DNA of 64,000 bases, taken from the NCBI GenBank assembly GCA_951813615.1, contig OX638377.1:5055739-5119738 (forward strand). Reading direction: 5' to 3'. This DNA is from an uncultured Latescibacterota bacterium (GTDB lineage Bacteria > Latescibacterota > UBA2968 > UBA8231). The notes below the pieces were generated by a model. It ran no database searches. It was not told the origin of the DNA and was given only the letters and a program-made list of their open reading frames with translations. The position numbers were made by a program, and so were the translations under genes. The first letter of the stretch is position 1; each line of letters begins with the position of its first letter. This document shows, in pieces, positions 60,492-64,000 of the stretch.

Positions 60492-62627
60492 ATGAAGACA
60501 GCAATCGGATGGTTCGTCGGATTAGTTTTAAGCGTCCCCATGTCGGCGGAGCCACTGCTTGAAGGGCGGGTGCGATTGGAATCTGGGGAGCCCGTGGTCG
60601 ACGCGCAGGTGCGAATCTTCGATTTGAGCGACCTGCGGCAGGGAGCCATTGCCCGAGCGATAACCGATGGCACGGGATATTTCACACTGCCGTTAGCCGC
60701 TCTGACGGGGCAGGTGCTGCCAGAGCGGTTCGCGTTGGGGCCGAATTATCCCAATCCATTCAATCCCTCGACGATCATTCCCTATCAACTGGCGGCTTCG
60801 GCTCAGGTGCGGCTGGAGGTGTTCAACCTGTTGGGGCAGCGCATTGCGACGTTGGTGGATGGGGAGCGTGTGGCGGGCTTTCACAAGACGACGTGGCACG
60901 CGGTGGATAGGGCGGGTCGTGCGGTAGGAGCGGGGGTATACATCTACCGAATGACGGTGGGGGTGGAGAGCCAGACGGGTCGGATGGTGCTGCTTGACGG
61001 GCACGCGGGTGTCTCGGCTGGTGGAGCCGCTTCTGTTTGGTCTGGTGCGTCTGGTGTCGGCGGGTCGGATGGGGAAGGTGCGCAGGTGTATGGGTTGGTT
61101 GTTTCGGGTCGTGGGTTGGTTCCCTATGTGGATTCGGCCTTTCGGGTTGAGTCGGGCATGGCCCCGGTGGAGTTGGTGGTGTCGTCGGGACCGCATTCGG
61201 CGGGCAAGGCCACAGAAGACGACTGTTTCTTTTGCAGCTTTTTCGGCGGGCTTGAGAGTTCGGAGGGACCGGACCTGATCGTCCAGTCTCCTTCGGTCAG
61301 CGCCGTCAGGCTGACGCCGGGGCAAGCGTTCATCTTGCAGGTCACCGTGCATAACCAAGGCGACGGGCAGGCCGCGGCGGCGACGCTGCACTACTATCGC
61401 TCCAACAAGGCGACGATTACTGCTAGCGATACGAAAGTGGGTACCGACGCAATAGATGCACTGGACGCCTCGGCCACCCGTGCGGCGTCGATTAGCCTAA
61501 CGGCCCCCTCTCCCGGTACCTACTACTACGGGGCCTGCGTGGAGTGGAAGAGCGGCGAGAAGGCCGGGAATAACTGCTCTACTGGCATACGCGTGATCGT
61601 CGAAAATTGGGTTCCCAGCAACGGAGGCTCCGTGACCAGCATCACGGGGCTCACTGGAAAGACGACGCTGACGGCACACCCGAATCCCGGATACGACTTC
61701 CAGCAGTGGACCAAGGGCGGCGAAACGCTATCGACCGATACCACCTATGTCGCGGAAGCCATCGACGCGCAGGAGCTCTTGGCCCACTTCTTGGTCAACC
61801 AGGACCGAGGGAAGTGGAACGTGGGGCAGACATACTCTTGGTACACATTCCCGGAGGGCGAATACGAGAGCTTAGAGTGGACGTTCATGTCTGTGGCCGA
61901 TCCATCGGAGAGCCTGAGCAAAGAGGGCCTTCTTCACTACTACGCCTACAGCTTCTTCTTGGTCGACTACACCGAAGACGGCGGCAAAGGGTATGCCGGA
62001 TTTCAGTCTGACGGCCGCTTCCGCCGCGCCAAGACGTTCACCTACGAGCCGCAGGGAAAGGTCATCAACTACGCGATCTGGGGCTCAAACGGCGGCAAGA
62101 CCGACGGGTTGCATCAACCCTACAACCTGGAAAGCGGGGGTCATCAGATCATGTACCCGTTCGAGTGGATCGAGGGGCAGGCCTATCGGTTCGAGTTGCG
62201 CGAGGGGCCAAGCGGATTGGACGACCGCGGGAAGTGGTGGGGACTGTGGGTTGAGGATGTGGCGACCGGATCGGTCACCTTCGTCGGAGAGCTGCGGGTG
62301 CCGACTAAGATCAACGGGCGAGACGCCACGATGTGGAGTTCGCTCACGTACGTGTTCGGGGAAGACCTGCACTGGTGGCGTGCCTCTAGGGGCGAGTACA
62401 TCTGCAGCGACTTTCAGCCGTCGTCGATGGCCGTATTAGATGTAACAGCGGGTGCCAACCGAGCCCAGCCTCAGGTCAGCTACAACGTCAATAGCGGCGA
62501 AGGCTATACTTGGCCGAATGGACGCAAGACGACCAACTGCCACGTGACCATGTTCGCGAACGAACAAGGCGACACGCAGCATAACCTCGGATTCTGGCCC
62601 GAGCCTCCACCGAATGTGCTGGATTAA
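60492..62627 (+). CDS. secreted multidomain protein: CarboxypepD_reg-like domain, internal T9SS-type CTD, CARDB-like domain, InlB-B-repeat-like domain and an unknown ~300-aa C-terminal domain
   Basis: It has a signal peptide. EGRVRLESGEPVVDAQVRIFD indicates the CarboxypepD_reg-like domain. PDLIVQSPSVS...VTVHNQGDG indicates CARDB. GYDFQQWTKGGETLS indicates the B-repeat. The C-terminal domain with GYAGFQ is only tentatively DUF3472-like. Confidence 0.8.
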   Translation: MKTAIGWFVGLVLSVPMSAEPLLEGRVRLESGEPVVDAQVRIFDLSDLRQGAIARAITDGTGYFTLPLAALTGQVLPERFALGPNYPNPFNPSTIIPYQLAASAQVRLEVFNLLGQRIATLVDGERVAGFHKTTWHAVDRAGRAVGAGVYIYRMTVGVESQTGRMVLLDGHAGVSAGGAASVWSGASGVGGSDGEGAQVYGLVVSGRGLVPYVDSAFRVESGMAPVELVVSSGPHSAGKATEDDCFFCSFFGGLESSEGPDLIVQSPSVSAVRLTPGQAFILQVTVHNQGDGQAAAATLHYYRSNKATITASDTKVGTDAIDALDASATRAASISLTAPSPGTYYYGACVEWKSGEKAGNNCSTGIRVIVENWVPSNGGSVTSITGLTGKTTLTAHPNPGYDFQQWTKGGETLSTDTTYVAEAIDAQELLAHFLVNQDRGKWNVGQTYSWYTFPEGEYESLEWTFMSVADPSESLSKEGLLHYYAYSFFLVDYTEDGGKGYAGFQSDGRFRRAKTFTYEPQGKVINYAIWGSNGGKTDGLHQPYNLESGGHQIMYPFEWIEGQAYRFELREGPSGLDDRGKWWGLWVEDVATGSVTFVGELRVPTKINGRDATMWSSLTYVFGEDLHWWRASRGEYICSDFQPSSMAVLDVTAGANRAQPQVSYNVNSGEGYTWPNGRKTTNCHVTMFANEQGDTQHNLGFWPEPPPNVLD
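60729..60998 (+). other. T9SS-type (FlgD-Ig-like) sorting domain located internally (aa ~80-169 of 711)
   Basis: FALGPNYPNPFNPSTIIPYQL...VRLEVFNLLGQRIATLVDG...GAGVYIYRMTV...GRMVLLDG matches the C-terminal domains at 36695 and 59646. Here it reads on for a further 540 aa. Confidence 0.7.
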
Positions 62628-62678
62628 CAAACGGGGGCATTGTGACGCGCAAGCTCACTCCGCTGCGTTGAGCATGCT

Positions 62679-62957
62679 ACCCACTTGAGTCAAGAGTACT
62701 ACGACTAGCTACCAGAGCGTGTACCCGCCATCGACGACCAAGTCGTGCCCGGTTGCGTAGGCTGAAGCGTCCGAAGCGAGGAAGACGACGGCCCCCTGAT
62801 AGTCGGCAGGGACGCCTAGACGGCCCATCGGCGTGTTGGCAAGCCAAGCGTTTTTCATGTCGTCTTCGGCGTGAGCGGTCATGGGGGTGAGCGTGTGGCC
62901 GGGGCTGATGGAATTGACGCGGACGCCTTGCGCGGCCCATTCTGCGGCGCACACTCT
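62679..62957 (+). repeat. direct repeat, copy 2 (ino1 3' relic plus 3' end of the intact SDR gene)
   Basis: It is collinear and near-identical to 60055-60333. Confidence 0.85.
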
Positions 62958-63476
62958 AGTTAGCTGGTAGGCACCCGCCTTGGCCGCGTTGTAGTGGCCG
63001 TGCAGTTGAGGACGATTGACGGTGTGGGACGAGATCGAGACGACGTTGATGATCGAACCAGAGCCTCGTTGCAGCATGGCGCGGCCCTCGGCCTGACAGC
63101 AGAGGAAAACGGCTTTGAGGTCAAGGTCGAGGACTCGGTCCCAATCGGCCTCGCTGATGTCCTCCATGGGGCCGCGCAAGGCAATGCCGGCGCTATTGAC
63201 GCCGACGTCCAACCGATCCCAAGTGGCGAGAACGGTATCGACCATGTTTTCGACTTGGTTCTTGGCGGTTACATCTGTAGGGATAGCTAGAGTCCGGCGA
63301 CCGAGGTTTTCAATCCGAGCACAGGTGTCAGAAGTGCCAGCGGCGTCGATGTCGGCGATGGCCACGTCCGCACCGGCTTCGGCAAGGGCGACGGCGAGGG
63401 CCTGCCCAATGCCAGAGCCGCCGCCGGTGACCAGCGCCTTGCGGTCGAGGAGGGAGAAGCGGTCGAGGATGCCCAT
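62709..63476 (-). CDS. SDR-family oxidoreductase (FabG-like)
   Basis: The motifs TGGGSGIGQALA, NSAG, YNAAKAG and the C-terminal DLVVDGGYTLW are present. Confidence 0.92.
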   Translation of the reverse strand: MGILDRFSLLDRKALVTGGGSGIGQALAVALAEAGADVAIADIDAAGTSDTCARIENLGRRTLAIPTDVTAKNQVENMVDTVLATWDRLDVGVNSAGIALRGPMEDISEADWDRVLDLDLKAVFLCCQAEGRAMLQRGSGSIINVVSISSHTVNRPQLHGHYNAAKAGAYQLTRVCAAEWAAQGVRVNSISPGHTLTPMTAHAEDDMKNAWLANTPMGRLGVPADYQGAVVFLASDASAYATGHDLVVDGGYTLW

Positions 63477-63503
63477 TGGCGATTTATCTATCCGTGCGCG
63501 CCG

Positions 63504-64000
63504 CTACAGAGCTGAAGGGGTGAGCCGCGTCCCCGAGTGCTTTTCAATCCCTTCGTCATTCCAAGCAACACCCAAGCCAGGCTGGTCGGAGATGGTCAGG
63601 AAGCCTTCCTCGTCGAGGGAAAAGGGTGCGCTGACGAGATCCTCAATATAGGGGGCCGGGGTGATGTATTCTACCCAGCGGGCCGTCGGCACGGCCGCCA
63701 CTAGCTGCAAGTCGGCCGCCAGTCCGACGGCGGTGTTCCAGCCGTGGGGGACGAAGAGAATCGAGTGGTCATAGGCGTACATCGCAATGCGGAATTCCTC
63801 GGTGAGGCCGCCGACCTTGGTGACATCGGGTTGGATGTAGTCAACCGCGCGGCGCTCGATCCACGGCAGAAAGGACTGCCGGCGCGTCAGCACCTCGCAG
63901 CCCGTAATCGGCAGGGGCGCGTGCTCAGTGAGTTTGATGTACCCTTCGATATCGTCGGGGCGCAGGGCCTCCTCGAACCAAGTGACATCGTAGTTGGCGA
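63504..64000 (-). CDS. enolase-superfamily (mandelate racemase/muconate-lactonizing, acid-sugar dehydratase-like) enzyme, 3' part; the 5' end lies outside the window
   Basis: The C-terminal barrel segment reads VDYIQPDVTKVGGLTE...VPHGWNTAVGLAADLQL. The frame stays open to the window edge. Confidence 0.8.
   Translation of the reverse strand, partial: ANYDVTWFEEALRPDDIEGYIKLTEHAPLPITGCEVLTRRQSFLPWIERRAVDYIQPDVTKVGGLTEEFRIAMYAYDHSILFVPHGWNTAVGLAADLQLVAAVPTARWVEYITPAPYIEDLVSAPFSLDEEGFLTISDQPGLGVAWNDEGIEKHSGTRLTPSAL

Noticed and set aside
16910-62678. I searched the island by eye for integrase, transposase, relaxase, phage or toxin-antitoxin genes and for terminal inverted repeats.
   Set aside because: I found none. 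Every ORF of credible size is accounted for by adhesin-like proteins, regulators or relics. I therefore do not call the island a defined mobile element (ICE, IS or prophage).

Overview
This 64-kb window comes from a high-GC bacterium that uses Shine-Dalgarno sites. All calls come from reading the sequence and ORF track by eye; no searches, HMMs or identity statistics were run.

Positions 1-16.9 kb are ordinary core genome: an SDR, fhs, a Kv-like channel, a PLP decarboxylase, a TonB-dependent receptor, ftsY, queG, rseP-cdsA-uppS, a translationally coupled MTHFS-NIPSNAP-dus set, and ino1.

From the ino1 stop codon (16909) to about 62.7 kb lies an accessory island. Its borders are marked by three copies of the last 30 nt of ino1. 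Two of these copies are fused to the 3' end of the convergent SDR gene that was probably the original neighbour.

The island carries:
- two paralogous giant secreted proteins of 2911 and 7291 aa. Both are built from Calx-beta, cadherin-like, SwmB-like, FN3 and (in the smaller one) LRR modules, and both end in near-identical autotransporter-type beta-barrels;
- a deletion fossil of a third such gene;
- three proteins with T9SS-type (FlgD-Ig-like) C-terminal sorting domains. One is split by a frameshift in a C6 tract, one is a truncated relic, and one has the domain stranded internally;
- an orphan lipoprotein;
- two unusual regulators. One is a cytoplasmic beta-propeller fused to an AAA+ sigma-54-type ATPase that lacks GAFTGA. 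The other is a single-chain GAF-PAS-HK-REC-wHTH two-component system.

Two classes of reiterated cis elements are distributed combinatorially over the four island promoters: 11-bp-phased TCACC direct repeats, and 28-bp-phased CCATATATGG palindromes.

The right edge returns to core genes (an SDR and an enolase-superfamily enzyme). I saw no rRNA, tRNA, CRISPR array, transposase or integrase.
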